A stretch of DNA of 64,000 bases from Patescibacteria group bacterium (GCA_044868145.1 JBIOWE010000006.1:218835-282834); one strand, 5' to 3'; numbered from the stretch's first letter, positions 7,920-17,491 are shown. Notes: generated by a model not told the origin, from the sequence alone. Program-made: numbers and translations.

Positions 7920-9728
7920 TTATGATATGCGATGTTTTATTATGATACGTTGGACCGCATCTTCCGGCGGCTTGCTGCCTTGTTGACTAATTCCGCCCGA
8001 GCGGAGAGGAGTGGAAAATAGATACCCGGGATACCAAATGCCTGTGTGTCCATGCTCAAGCATCGTCAGCCAGAGGTCCCAATCCTGCAGACGTTTGAGG
8101 GACGGATCAAATCCTGGGAAATGTTCTTTTCGAATCAGTGACATAGTGCTGATATAGTTTTCGCGACGCAAACGATCAGGGTCGAATTCAAAAAGCGAAA
8201 ACGTGCGCCATCCGAAACGAAAGTTAGCGTAACAATATGAGGCGTCCGCATGGGTTTCGAGCGTTTTGACCATTGTGTCGATGGCGCGCGGATGCAGCAC
8301 AACGTCCGCATCGCAAAAGAACAGATATTTCCCTTTTGCCGTCGCTGCACCCGCGTTGCGCGCGGCTGAAGAGCCGGCATTGCTTTGCTGTATCACCGTG
8401 AGGTTTGAAAATGATCGTAGGATGTCAATTGTCCGGTCGGTTGAACCGTCGTTTACAGCTATAATATCGATATGCGAGTACGATTGTGCTTGAATTGATT
8501 GTAAGGTCCTTCGAATAGTAGATTCGGCTTGGTAGCACGGAATGATAACAGACACTAGAGGTTTTTTAGCAAGCCCCAGCGCAGCGAGCATCGGTTGAGA
8601 GGTTACATCCCAGGAAAATTTCTTCACGCGTTCTCGACCCTGCTCACCAAGCCGATGGGCGTACCTTTCATCTGACAACAGCGATACGATTTTTTTTGCT
8701 ATATCGTGCTCATCCTCCGGATTCACAAGCAGACCAGATTCGCCATCGCTAATGGCTTCCGGTATCCCCCCACTGCGCCCGCCGATCACCGGTTTCGCAA
8801 ACGTATTTGCATCCAGGAATACGATGCCGAACCCTTCAAAGTCCTTGATTGTTCCATTGCTGATTGTGCGCGATGGAATAATGAATGCATCGCTTATTTC
8901 GTACAGAGGCCCGAGATCCTCAGACGACACATAGTCCAAGAATTCAACACGTTCACTTATCCGCAGTTCATTGACGATGCGTAGTAAGGGGCCGCGTTCT
9001 GGACCGCGTCCAACAATGAGATACAAAAGATTTGGTATTTTTGTAATAACAAGTGGAAGGGCGCGCAATACCATATCATGGCCCTTTCGTTTTTCAAGCC
9101 GAGAAACCGAGAGGAGTACTCTCTTTCCAAGCGCGCCGTATTGTTTCCTCGCTTCATCAACTTTGGCTTGGAGGACATCAGTCTGTAATTTGGAAGGTCC
9201 TGGATATACCACGATCGTTTTGGCCTGAGCAATCCCCCATTGTTGCACTTCTGTCGCTGTGTAGTTGCTTGCGCAAAATATCCAGTCCGCATTGTGGAGT
9301 ATCCGGCGCATCAGCCAAGCTTTTCTACCGGAGCTTCGCGGCAGTGTTACATCCGTGCCATACGCAAAAACGCTATATGGAATACCAAAAAATAGTTTCA
9401 ATGCGTAGGCAATCGTTCCGACTGGCATGGTTTGACCCGCCAATATATATGTGGTTCCGAGTTGACGCACAAGCCGTGCGGACGTAAAAAAGCCCACGAG
9501 CCATTTCGGCCAAATCGGGAAGTTTGACTTGATTAAGGCACGATGGTAAACGTTTTGCGCGTCGGGATTGCTGGTTTGATGGTTCTGTTGCCGTTCAGTT
9601 ACCACATGAACCGTAGATGTTTTCCTTAATTGCTCGACAGTTCGCTCAAGAAATTGAGCAACTCCGCCCACCTGCGGCGGGTAGTCTAGCGTGATGAGCA
9701 AAATATGTTCAGCCGAGTTTACACCCAT
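7920..9728 (-). CDS. Bifunctional glycosyltransferase: N-terminal GT4 (group 1) fused to C-terminal GT2
   Basis: GT4 EX7E region (EGFGIVFLDANTFAKPVIGGRSGGIPEAI). GT2 motifs VSVIIPCYQAE...AVNDGSTDRT and the DAD motif (FFCDADVVLHP). Confidence 0.8.
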   Translation of the reverse strand: MGVNSAEHILLITLDYPPQVGGVAQFLERTVEQLRKTSTVHVVTERQQNHQTSNPDAQNVYHRALIKSNFPIWPKWLVGFFTSARLVRQLGTTYILAGQTMPVGTIAYALKLFFGIPYSVFAYGTDVTLPRSSGRKAWLMRRILHNADWIFCASNYTATEVQQWGIAQAKTIVVYPGPSKLQTDVLQAKVDEARKQYGALGKRVLLSVSRLEKRKGHDMVLRALPLVITKIPNLLYLIVGRGPERGPLLRIVNELRISERVEFLDYVSSEDLGPLYEISDAFIIPSRTISNGTIKDFEGFGIVFLDANTFAKPVIGGRSGGIPEAISDGESGLLVNPEDEHDIAKKIVSLLSDERYAHRLGEQGRERVKKFSWDVTSQPMLAALGLAKKPLVSVIIPCYQAESTIRRTLQSIQAQSYSHIDIIAVNDGSTDRTIDILRSFSNLTVIQQSNAGSSAARNAGAATAKGKYLFFCDADVVLHPRAIDTMVKTLETHADASYCYANFRFGWRTFSLFEFDPDRLRRENYISTMSLIRKEHFPGFDPSLKRLQDWDLWLTMLEHGHTGIWYPGYLFSTPLRSGGISQQGSKPPEDAVQRIIIKHRIS

Positions 9729-11221
9729 TTTTTACGCAGGACAGCAACGAGAAGCGATCGTACGTCTTCTTTTGTAAAACCGCGAATCGCGTATAATGTC
9801 ACGAAATAGAAGATTACGCCGATGCCAATAAGAAGCGCTACATGGAAGCTGTTTCTTAAAAGAAAAAGTCCGATTGCCATAACTGCGCTGACGCCGACAG
9901 TTTTTCCAAGCGTAATAAAAAGCGTTTTCCTATTATACGGTGCGATTTTGCCGATCCAGCGTAGCCCAAGGAAAAAAAGCAAAACGCCGCTTACCAGCGC
10001 AGCGATTGCCGCGCCCGTAAACGTGTAGCGAGGGATAAGAAGAAAGTTCAGGGTAATATTTACCAGTACGGTAATGCCAATATTTATCGTATTAATAACT
10101 TGACGGTTTGTTGCATACAGCATTGTCCCGACCGGAAAATTCAAAAAAATTACCGTTAATCCCGCAATAAGAATCCGTAACGGAATGATTGATGTGCTAA
10201 AGTCTGGTCCGTAGAGTGTAAGAATAATGGAATCCGCAAGTGCGAATATTCCAAAGGAGATGGGAACCGCGATGATCATTAAGTAGTACATCGCACGTTC
10301 AAACGTTTTGCCCAGTGCTTGTTTATTCGTGACAAAAAACGCGCTCATCGCTGGATAGAGTGCTGCGGCAAACGCAGAAGGGATAAACTCAAGGGCATAG
10401 GTTAATTTGTGCGCTGTAACGTACCAGCCGACGTACCGTTGGCCGGCAAGAGCTAAAAGCGTGAACCGATCGGTGAAGGTATAAATTTTAGTAAAAATAG
10501 CTGCGATGGCAAACGGGATTGCATATCGAAGGAACGTTTTAATGGTCTGCTTGTTCCATGAGAGACCGGGTACAATGTGTAATTTCAGCCGCAGCATCGT
10601 AATCGAATAGATGAAATTAAAGATGCTGCCGCACACAATGGCGAGGAATAGCGCGCGGAGGCCAAAGTGCAGAGTGAGCGCGCCGATGCCCGCGATCATC
10701 GTAATGAGCATGTTGATAATCATTCCAATCGCTTCGTACTTCAGATTCTGTAGGCCGCGGAAAACTGCATAAAAAGTTAAGGAAAAAGTATCAAGTGCCA
10801 CGACGAGCCCCGCAGTGTAGATGATGGATTTTGCCACGTTGGTGTACCCTGAGAAGTTCGTGAAAATTCCTAGAGCGGTGAGAATGATGAGAGTGAAAAT
10901 TATCTTTACTCCGAGAACGTTGTTTAAATATTCCGAAGTACGGGTTGGTGAACGGGCAATTTCGCGTACCAGTACCGCGCTCAAGCTAAAATCAATGAGA
11001 ATGAGCAGTATGGGGATTATTGATTTAACGGGGTCATAGAGCCCAAGGTCTGTTGGCCCAATTGTACGGGCAACAACGATAAAATAAAAAAAGGAGAGAA
11101 TTTTTTGCACGACAAAAGCTACCGTGAGGTAGCTTGTATTGCGCAGGATGCGCTCCTGACCGTTTGGTTCTGATTGTTGCTGAGGTTGATCCATCAGAAA
11201 GCGTTTTACCGCTTTTGCCAT
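9719..11221 (-). CDS. wzx: Polysaccharide/oligosaccharide flippase (Wzx-like, MOP superfamily)
   Basis: ~12-14 predicted TM helices. N-terminal region typical of polysaccharide biosynthesis proteins. Confidence 0.65.
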   Translation of the reverse strand: MAKAVKRFLMDQPQQQSEPNGQERILRNTSYLTVAFVVQKILSFFYFIVVARTIGPTDLGLYDPVKSIIPILLILIDFSLSAVLVREIARSPTRTSEYLNNVLGVKIIFTLIILTALGIFTNFSGYTNVAKSIIYTAGLVVALDTFSLTFYAVFRGLQNLKYEAIGMIINMLITMIAGIGALTLHFGLRALFLAIVCGSIFNFIYSITMLRLKLHIVPGLSWNKQTIKTFLRYAIPFAIAAIFTKIYTFTDRFTLLALAGQRYVGWYVTAHKLTYALEFIPSAFAAALYPAMSAFFVTNKQALGKTFERAMYYLMIIAVPISFGIFALADSIILTLYGPDFSTSIIPLRILIAGLTVIFLNFPVGTMLYATNRQVINTINIGITVLVNITLNFLLIPRYTFTGAAIAALVSGVLLFFLGLRWIGKIAPYNRKTLFITLGKTVGVSAVMAIGLFLLRNSFHVALLIGIGVIFYFVTLYAIRGFTKEDVRSLLVAVLRKKWV

Positions 11222-11730
11222 TGTGGAGCGCGACGTGCTCCCTTTAGTCCATATTTTTTTCGTTCTTTCATGCGAGCGTCGCGCGTCAAATATCCAGACT
11301 GCCTGAGAATCGGGCGAAGCGCAGGATTGATAGTAATAAGGGCGCGCGCGATACCGTGCCTCGTGCTCTCCGCTTGCCCGCGTACCCCTCCCCCTTCAAC
11401 GCGTATAGTAAACCGGCCTGTCCCCGCGAGGTTGGTCACTTCCAAAGGCGAGCGGACGATGGTCTGAAATTCCTCTTGAGGGAAATACTGCCGGTAGTCT
11501 TTTTCATTCACGATAATCTCGCCTTTACCCTCTTCGTAAAAGCGAACCCGCGCTCGAGAGGTCTTACGCTTGCCAATGCCATAGATGAACTCGCCGGTCT
11601 TCGCATGAGCTGTCTTTTTTTCAACGACAGGAGTTGGAATCTCAATAGGTGCCGGTTGTTTGGGCAGTTTTTCCTTTTTTTCAATGCGTTTCCTTTGGGA
11701 GCTTGTTTTCTTTTGGATCTTTTTCGGCAT
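11206..11730 (-). CDS. rpsI: 30S ribosomal protein S9 with a Lys-rich N-terminal extension
   Basis: GIGKRKTSRARVRF...GGGVRGQAESTRHGIARAL...RDARMKERKKYGLKGARRAPQWQKR. A ~45-aa K-rich leader precedes the S9 core. Confidence 0.9.
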   Translation of the reverse strand: MPKKIQKKTSSQRKRIEKKEKLPKQPAPIEIPTPVVEKKTAHAKTGEFIYGIGKRKTSRARVRFYEEGKGEIIVNEKDYRQYFPQEEFQTIVRSPLEVTNLAGTGRFTIRVEGGGVRGQAESTRHGIARALITINPALRPILRQSGYLTRDARMKERKKYGLKGARRAPQWQKR

Positions 11731-11735
11731 ATATT

Positions 11736-12119
11736 TTATTCGCGAATTTCCAGTTGTCGAATCATTTCCTTTCGGAGTTTATTTTTGGGCAACATGCCCA
11801 TAACGGCTTTGTGAAGCGCAGCCGTAGGCTTCACGCGGAGTAATTCTCCTAACGTGATCGATTTGAGGCCGCCTGGATGATGCGTATGGTGCCTATACAC
11901 TTTTTGTTGCGGCTTTTTTCCGGTAATACGTATTTGCCTAGCGTTCGTTACGACTATTTTTTTTGCATCAAGTCGCCAGGGGCGGTAGCTTGGCGAATTT
12001 TTTCCGCGTAAAAGAAAGGCAACACGTGAGGCAATCCTGCCCAATGAAATGCCGCGGGCGTCAAGTACTACCGGTTCAACAATTGGTTTACTTGTTTTCT
12101 TTGGTTTTTGGTTCTGCAT
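11736..12119 (-). CDS. rplM: 50S ribosomal protein L13
   Basis: VLDARGISLGRIASRVAFLLRGKNSPSYRPW...VVTNARQIRITGKK. Start probably at MQNQKPKK (12119) rather than the ORF-track start at 12230. Confidence 0.9.
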   Translation of the reverse strand: MQNQKPKKTSKPIVEPVVLDARGISLGRIASRVAFLLRGKNSPSYRPWRLDAKKIVVTNARQIRITGKKPQQKVYRHHTHHPGGLKSITLGELLRVKPTAALHKAVMGMLPKNKLRKEMIRQLEIRE

Positions 12120-12471
12120 ATGGCATAAGCTCGAGGAGCGCGAGCGATGAACCGTCGGAGCGCGTTTGACCGAGACGAATGAGACGCGTGTATCCGCCTT
12201 TTCGATCTTTATAGTGATGGGCAAGGTCACGCACTATTTTGTTAGCTATATCTCGGTTCTTGAGGCGTTGGGTAACAAGTCGCCTCGAGGCTTCCGTGTT
12301 CGTTTTGCTCCGGTGGATTAGTTGTTCGATAAGAGGTTTAACCGTTTTTGCTTTGGCGAGCGTGGTTTTGACGTGTCCATGTTGAAAAAACGAAATTGCC
12401 AGGTTAAGGAGCAACGCATTTCGATGCGCGCGATCACGATCGAGTATTTTCTTATTTTTTCGGTGTCTCAT
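12088..12471 (-). CDS. rplQ: 50S ribosomal protein L17
   Basis: MRHRKNKKILDRDRAHRNALLLNLAISFFQHGHVKTTLAKAK. The ORF-track N-terminal extension is antisense to the rpoA 3' end and is rejected. Confidence 0.9.
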   Translation of the reverse strand: MRHRKNKKILDRDRAHRNALLLNLAISFFQHGHVKTTLAKAKTVKPLIEQLIHRSKTNTEASRRLVTQRLKNRDIANKIVRDLAHHYKDRKGGYTRLIRLGQTRSDGSSLALLELMPYAEPKTKENK

Positions 12472-13252
12472 CTTTTTCTTGCGACTTCTTTTCTTTCGTT
12501 TCCTTCTTCTTTGGTTTCTCTTCCGCCTTTTTCCCTTCTTTTTCTTTTTGTTCGGTTTTCTGTTCGGCAATGAACCTGAACTGTTCAACGAGTAAGCCAG
12601 CTGCGATTCGTATCGCTTCCGCTGGGGCGATTGATCCATCCGTTGTGAGGTTCATCTTGAGGCGATCATAGTTCGTCATTTTTCCGACACGCACGTTTTC
12701 TACTTCATAGTTGACGTTACGAACTGGCGTAAATATAGCATCGATGCCGATAGTGCCCAATTCAAGCTGGCCGCGCTCCATACTCTCTACAGGTCGATAT
12801 CCCCTGCCATACTCCAGGAACAGTTCCATGGAGAGTTCTGCAGTTTTGTCGGTTAATACAGCAATGGGCGCTTCCGGGTTAACTATCTCGACTTCGCTAG
12901 TAAGTTTAATGTCCTTGCCCGTGATATTTTTCTCACCTTTCGCTTTTAGGTGTACTTGCGCCTGTTCAACGCCATGTAGTTTGAACCGTAGTTGTTTCAC
13001 GTTTAATATAATATCCACAACATCTTCTTTGACGTGTGGTACGGTCGTGAATTCGTGTGTTGCTCCTCTGATTTTGATAGCTGTTACAGCTGTGCCAGGT
13101 AAAGAAGAAAGGAGGATCCGACGAAGTGCATTGCCAATTGTTGTGCCATACCCCGGGAAGCACGGCTCTAAAGTGATGATTGCTTGATTCTCACCAACTG
13201 ATTGAAGTTCGAATTTAGTGGGGAGCAATATATCTTCCATATACTTTATCAA
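12452..13252 (-). CDS. rpoA: DNA-directed RNA polymerase alpha subunit: NTD plus a Lys/Glu-rich tail, no alpha-CTD
   Basis: An alpha NTD (ALRRILLSSLPGTAVTAIKIRGATHEF...), ending around residue 230, followed by a ~36-aa K/E-rich tail. Total length is 266 aa, so there is no room for the canonical ~80-aa CTD. Confidence 0.85.
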   Translation of the reverse strand: MIKYMEDILLPTKFELQSVGENQAIITLEPCFPGYGTTIGNALRRILLSSLPGTAVTAIKIRGATHEFTTVPHVKEDVVDIILNVKQLRFKLHGVEQAQVHLKAKGEKNITGKDIKLTSEVEIVNPEAPIAVLTDKTAELSMELFLEYGRGYRPVESMERGQLELGTIGIDAIFTPVRNVNYEVENVRVGKMTNYDRLKMNLTTDGSIAPAEAIRIAAGLLVEQFRFIAEQKTEQKEKEGKKAEEKPKKKETKEKKSQEKDETPKK

Positions 13253-13269
13253 ATATTAATCGTAAAATG

Positions 13270-13653
13270 TTAGACTCGTCGAATTTTTCGCGGGCGCGGG
13301 CCGTTGTGCGGTATTGGTGTTAGATCTTTGATCGCCAAAATGTTCATGCCATTTGCATGGAGGGCTCGCACCGCCGATTCTCGGCCAGATCCCACCCCTT
13401 TCACAAAGACATCAACGCTACGCAGGCCGGTTTCGCGTGTCCGGTCCAACGCATCCCGGACGATCACACTGGCGGCGTATGGTGTTGATTTCTTCGGTCC
13501 TTTAAAGCCAACCTTGCCCGCAGACGACCAGCCAAGCACATTACCCGACTGGTCCGTAATGGTTACAATGGTGTTATTATATGATGCCTGAATATACACG
13601 CGGCCTTGAGTGACCGTCGCTTTCTTTTTCTTTTTGATTGGTTTCGCGTCCAT
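13270..13653 (-). CDS. rpsK: 30S ribosomal protein S11
   Basis: GRVYIQASYNNTIVTITDQSGN...SVIVRDALDR...NILAIKDLTPIPHNGPRPRKIRRV. Confidence 0.9.
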   Translation of the reverse strand: MDAKPIKKKKKATVTQGRVYIQASYNNTIVTITDQSGNVLGWSSAGKVGFKGPKKSTPYAASVIVRDALDRTRETGLRSVDVFVKGVGSGRESAVRALHANGMNILAIKDLTPIPHNGPRPRKIRRV

Positions 13654-13658
13654 ATGTG

Positions 13659-14051
13659 TTAGGTTTTCTCTGCAGTTGGCTTACGACCTGAGCCCATTGT
13701 TTTTCTCACATTGCCCCGGACCGTTCGCGAGTTCGTTTTTGTTCGTTGACCTCGGACCGGAAGGTTCTTCGCATGGCGAGAACCTCGATACGCGCCGATT
13801 TCTTGAAGGCGTCGAATATTTATAAGGCGGTTTCGCTTCAGCTCGCCCTCGACTTTGTAATTTTTTTCAATGATAGTTCTCAGTTTTCCAACCTCGTCTT
13901 CTTTCAGGTCACCTGTTTTTTTCCTTGCATCAATGCCAGCCTCTTCAAGAATTTTTACCGCAAGCGGGCGACCAATGCCATAGATTAATGGTAAGGCGTA
14001 TCCGATTTGTTTTTTTTGTGGGAGTGTGACTCCTGCAATACGTGCTAGCAT
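13659..14051 (-). CDS. rpsM: 30S ribosomal protein S13
   Basis: MLARIAGVTLP...IGYALPLIYGIG...INIRRLQEIGAYRGSRH. Confidence 0.9.
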   Translation of the reverse strand: MLARIAGVTLPQKKQIGYALPLIYGIGRPLAVKILEEAGIDARKKTGDLKEDEVGKLRTIIEKNYKVEGELKRNRLINIRRLQEIGAYRGSRHAKNLPVRGQRTKTNSRTVRGNVRKTMGSGRKPTAEKT

Positions 14052-14056
14052 GGATG

Positions 14057-14170
14057 TTATCCTTGTCGTTGCTTATGCTTTGGATTCGTGCAAATAATAA
14101 ATAAACGTCGTTTGCGCCGAACAACTTTGCAATTTTTGCAGATTCGTTTTACCGATGAACGAACTTTCAT
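14057..14170 (-). CDS. rpmJ: 50S ribosomal protein L36 (37 aa; below the ORF-track length cutoff)
   Basis: Manual translation of the minus strand gives [37 protein letters not shown], the L36 zinc-ribbon pattern. It sits between infA and rpsM as in the canonical operon. Confidence 0.85.
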   Translation of the reverse strand: MKVRSSVKRICKNCKVVRRKRRLFIICTNPKHKQRQG

Positions 14171-14175
14171 TGACG

Positions 14176-14442
14176 TTAATGTCGAAAAATAATCCTGCCT
14201 TTTGTAAGGTCATACGTGGACATTTCAAGAGTCACTTTGTCCCCTGGCAAAATACGAATTTTGTTCACTCTCATTCTACCGGACAAATATGCGAGAACCT
14301 CAAGGTTATTTTCAAGCTTTACTTTAAACATCGCGGATGGCAATAATTCTTCAACGGTGCCAACCAGTTGCAAAAATTCTTTTTTGCTTGTTGGAGCAGT
14401 GCGTTCTCGCTTCTCTCGATTTGTCGAGTTTTTTCTTCTCAT
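14176..14442 (-). CDS. infA: Translation initiation factor IF-1 with a short basic N-terminal extension
   Basis: [57 protein letters not shown]. Confidence 0.9.
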   Translation of the reverse strand: MRRKNSTNREKRERTAPTSKKEFLQLVGTVEELLPSAMFKVKLENNLEVLAYLSGRMRVNKIRILPGDKVTLEMSTYDLTKGRIIFRH

Positions 14443-14458
14443 GCACGGCTAAATAAAA

Positions 14459-14480
14459 AATTCTTGTATAGGCAAGAATT
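14459..14480 (-). terminator. Intrinsic terminator-like hairpin: alaS terminator and/or infA leader attenuator
   Basis: Minus-strand RNA AAUUCUUG-CCUAUA-CAAGAAUU followed by UUUUAUUU. This lies 10 nt upstream of the infA AUG and downstream of the 14550-14578 promoter. Confidence 0.6.
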
Positions 14481-14549
14481 TTGTTTATTATTAGCCAAGT
14501 TCTTGCCCAAAGTCGTGTGGAACCGTAGTGAATAGTTGTTTTCGAACGG

Positions 14550-14578
14550 ATTATACCAGCCAGCTTTTTCAACGTCAA
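14550..14578 (-). promoter_or_regulatory. Near-consensus sigma70 promoter (minus strand): TTGACG, 17-nt spacer, TATAAT
   Basis: -35 is the reverse complement of 14573-14578. -10 is the reverse complement of 14550-14555. It sits just 3' of the alaS stop and would drive infA and the ribosomal block. Confidence 0.55.
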
Positions 14579-14585
14579 GCTATAC

Positions 14586-16403
14586 TTATTCCACGACCGC
14601 TTTTATTCTTCGAATCCCGCTTCCCGATGATGATTCGGAAACGATCTTCAAAACACCGATTTCGCCAGTTCGCTTCACGTGCGGCCCGCCGCAAATTTCT
14701 TTTGAATAGTTACCAACCGAATAGACAGTGACCGTTTCCGGGTACTTTTCCTTGAAAAACGCGAGTGCACCCTTTCGCATAGCATCATCATAGCTCATCT
14801 GTTCCGAGCGTACTTCAAGGTTCTCGCGGATTTTTTGATTCACGATGTTCTCAATCTTGCGTTTTTGATCATCAGTGAGCTTAGCGTTATGGCGGAAATC
14901 AAAGCGCAATCGTTCAGGTGTGATATCTGACCCTTCTTGGCGAACGATCGGTCCGAGCATATCGCGGAGCGCTTGTTGCAGTAAATGAGTTGCGGTATGC
15001 AACTTCGTCACCTGCACCCGGTCTTTCTCGGGTAACGTCGAATCCAGGAGCCCGTGGCCGCCAAATTTCTTTTCGGACCCAACGCGGGAAATTTGTTTAT
15101 GTTTTTCAATGAGTTTATTAAATTCATATTCATCAAACTCAAACCCTTCGCGCTTTAGCTTATCAGATGATATTCCATAGGACGTGTATAATTGAAAAGC
15201 TTCAGACGCAGAGAGAGTTCTACCCGAAGGTTCGGGTGCGGAGATAGTCGAATCCTTTTTTTCCTTTCGGAGTTTTCGTAGGGCATCGACAACAGAAGTC
15301 TTTAAGACTTTTTGGTAGTTTTCCAGTTCCTGATCAAAAAGCTCCTTAATCCTGGGAGATCGTTCTTTTAAGTATGGCACGAACGGAGCGTACACAGTCG
15401 CGATAATGTCGACAAGATTATCAAATCTCAGATGTGGTAAGGAATACTGGTCGGCAGCACGACGAAAGAGCCTGCGTAAGATATAGCCCTGGTCTTTGTT
15501 ACTAAAAAAGGCCCCGTCAAAAGCTAGAAATATACAGGCTTTTATGTGATCCGCCACAATTCGACTCCGTACAATATCTTCGGGCCCGCCGGTCAGACCG
15601 AACGACTTGTCGACTTGTATGGCTTTAATGATCGGTGCGAAAAGATCGGTTTGGTAGACATTCGATTTCTTTTGCACGATAAGGGCTAATCGTTCAAGCC
15701 CCATCCCTGTGTCAATATTTTTTGCAGGCAGGAGTTTTAATTTTCCCGATTCGGTCATGTGGTACTGCGTAAAAACTAAATTCCACACCTCAAGAAATCG
15801 TTTGCATGAGCAATTCGGTATGCACTGATCGCCTTTTTCGCATGGAGTTCCACGCATATCATAATGAATCTCCGAGCAAGGCCCGCAGGGTCCACTTTTA
15901 CCAACAGGTCCCCACCAATTATCCAATTTTCCGAAACCATACAGTCTTTCTTTGGGCAAAAAACGAAGCCATAGAGATTTTGCTTCTTCATCCTGGGGGA
16001 TTTCCTTGTCCCCTTTGAAATACGTAGCAAAGAGGTGACGCTTATCAATTTTCATTTTTTTCGTAACGAATTCCCATGCCCATTCGATTGCCTCTCTCTT
16101 GAAATAATCGCCGAATGAAAACGAACCGAGCATTTCAAAGAAGGTGTTATGGGATTCGTCGCCGACTTGATCAATGTCGGAGGTTCGGATACATCGCTGA
16201 ATCGATACGACCCGGCGTGAATGGAAAACCTCCATAGGGTTTTTTTCTCCGGAAAAATATTGTTTAAATTGTTGCATGCCCGCAGTCGTAAAGAGTACAG
16301 ACGGGTCGTCGGACGGCAACAGCGAAGCGGATTCAACATAAACATGCTTTTTCTTTTGGAAAAAGCCAATGAACTCGTTCCTCATTTTTCCTGATGTCAT
16401 CAC
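14586..16403 (-). CDS. alaS: Alanyl-tRNA synthetase, short form (catalytic plus editing domains, no C-Ala domain)
   Basis: N-terminus FIGFFQKKKHVYVESASLLPSDDPSVLFTTAGMQQFK. Ends after the editing domain (HxxxH/CxxxH-like region ...CGGPHVKRTGEIG...). 605 aa versus ~870 typical. Confidence 0.85.
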   Translation of the reverse strand: MMTSGKMRNEFIGFFQKKKHVYVESASLLPSDDPSVLFTTAGMQQFKQYFSGEKNPMEVFHSRRVVSIQRCIRTSDIDQVGDESHNTFFEMLGSFSFGDYFKREAIEWAWEFVTKKMKIDKRHLFATYFKGDKEIPQDEEAKSLWLRFLPKERLYGFGKLDNWWGPVGKSGPCGPCSEIHYDMRGTPCEKGDQCIPNCSCKRFLEVWNLVFTQYHMTESGKLKLLPAKNIDTGMGLERLALIVQKKSNVYQTDLFAPIIKAIQVDKSFGLTGGPEDIVRSRIVADHIKACIFLAFDGAFFSNKDQGYILRRLFRRAADQYSLPHLRFDNLVDIIATVYAPFVPYLKERSPRIKELFDQELENYQKVLKTSVVDALRKLRKEKKDSTISAPEPSGRTLSASEAFQLYTSYGISSDKLKREGFEFDEYEFNKLIEKHKQISRVGSEKKFGGHGLLDSTLPEKDRVQVTKLHTATHLLQQALRDMLGPIVRQEGSDITPERLRFDFRHNAKLTDDQKRKIENIVNQKIRENLEVRSEQMSYDDAMRKGALAFFKEKYPETVTVYSVGNYSKEICGGPHVKRTGEIGVLKIVSESSSGSGIRRIKAVVE

Positions 16404-17491
16404 AGAGCTTGGGTAATTGTTCCTCCGCCGAGCACCTCGTCGTTTTGGTAAAATACAATGGCTTGCCCCGGCGTAATTGCGCGTTGTGGATCACGGAAAT
16501 GCACCAACATGGGCTGATGGCTAACTTGATTCAGAGTTGCCTCCATAAGCTTTTGTCGATAGCGAATTCTTGTTTGGCAGCGAAACGGCAGTCTTGGAGC
16601 TTGGTTAACCCAGTGAACGTTTGCAACAGTTAGACCCTTATGATAGAGTTGCTTGTTTGCAGGCCCGAGAGCGACGGTGAGAGTGTTTGTGGCCATATTC
16701 TTTTCAACGACGTAGTAAGGCCTTCCCGCAGCAATGCCAATGCCTTGGCGTTGCCCGATGGTGTAGAATGCGAGCCCTTGGTGCGTCCCAATCGTCTCGC
16801 CCTCCGTTGTTATAACAGGGCCTTTGAATTCTTCAATACGTTCCGAAAGAAATTTCCTTAGCTTAACCTTGCCGATGAAGCAGATACCCTGGCTATCTTT
16901 TTTATCAGCAACGTGTAGCTGCGCTTCTTTTGCGATGCGGCGAACTTCGGATTTTTGCAATGAACCTACGGGAAACAGGATGTGCTGCAATTGTTGCTGC
17001 GACAGCGCATAGAGAAAGTACGACTGATCTTTTTCAGGGTCCGTTCCAGCGAGTAAATGATACGACAAGCCATTATGTTCGTCCTTTGCTTTGGTTATGC
17101 AAGCATAATGACCCGTCGCAATATACGATATGCCCATTTGATGGGCGCGCTCCAGGAATTTTTTGAATTTTATTTCTTTATTGCAAAGAATATCTGGGTT
17201 TGGGGTTTCGCCTGATGCGTAACCTTGAAAAAATGGTTCCAAAACACTTTTTTCATATTCGCGTTCAAAGTTAAAAGTAAAGGCCGGAATACCTATTCGT
17301 TTGCATACGCGACGCATATCTCGCAACTCTTGTTCGACATTACAATCCTCCATATACGGGTCAGACCAGTTGATCATAAAGGCACCAGCGACTTTATAGC
17401 CCTGGCGTTTAAGCAAATACGCGGCAACTGCAGAGTCAACTCCTCCGCTCATTGCGACGAGCACATTTAGATCTTCAATGCTTTCGGCCAT
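16400..17491 (-). CDS. mnmA: tRNA-specific 2-thiouridylase MnmA
   Basis: VLVAMSGGVDSAVAAYLL PP-loop. Length and C-terminal region typical of MnmA. Confidence 0.9.
   Translation of the reverse strand: MAESIEDLNVLVAMSGGVDSAVAAYLLKRQGYKVAGAFMINWSDPYMEDCNVEQELRDMRRVCKRIGIPAFTFNFEREYEKSVLEPFFQGYASGETPNPDILCNKEIKFKKFLERAHQMGISYIATGHYACITKAKDEHNGLSYHLLAGTDPEKDQSYFLYALSQQQLQHILFPVGSLQKSEVRRIAKEAQLHVADKKDSQGICFIGKVKLRKFLSERIEEFKGPVITTEGETIGTHQGLAFYTIGQRQGIGIAAGRPYYVVEKNMATNTLTVALGPANKQLYHKGLTVANVHWVNQAPRLPFRCQTRIRYRQKLMEATLNQVSHQPMLVHFRDPQRAITPGQAIVFYQNDEVLGGGTITQAL

Noticed and set aside
12452-12639. Lys/Arg-rich 56-aa N-terminal extension on L17 suggested by the ORF track
   Set aside because: That stretch is the antisense reading of the Lys/Glu-rich rpoA 3' end. 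L17 homology begins at MRHRKNKK (12471).
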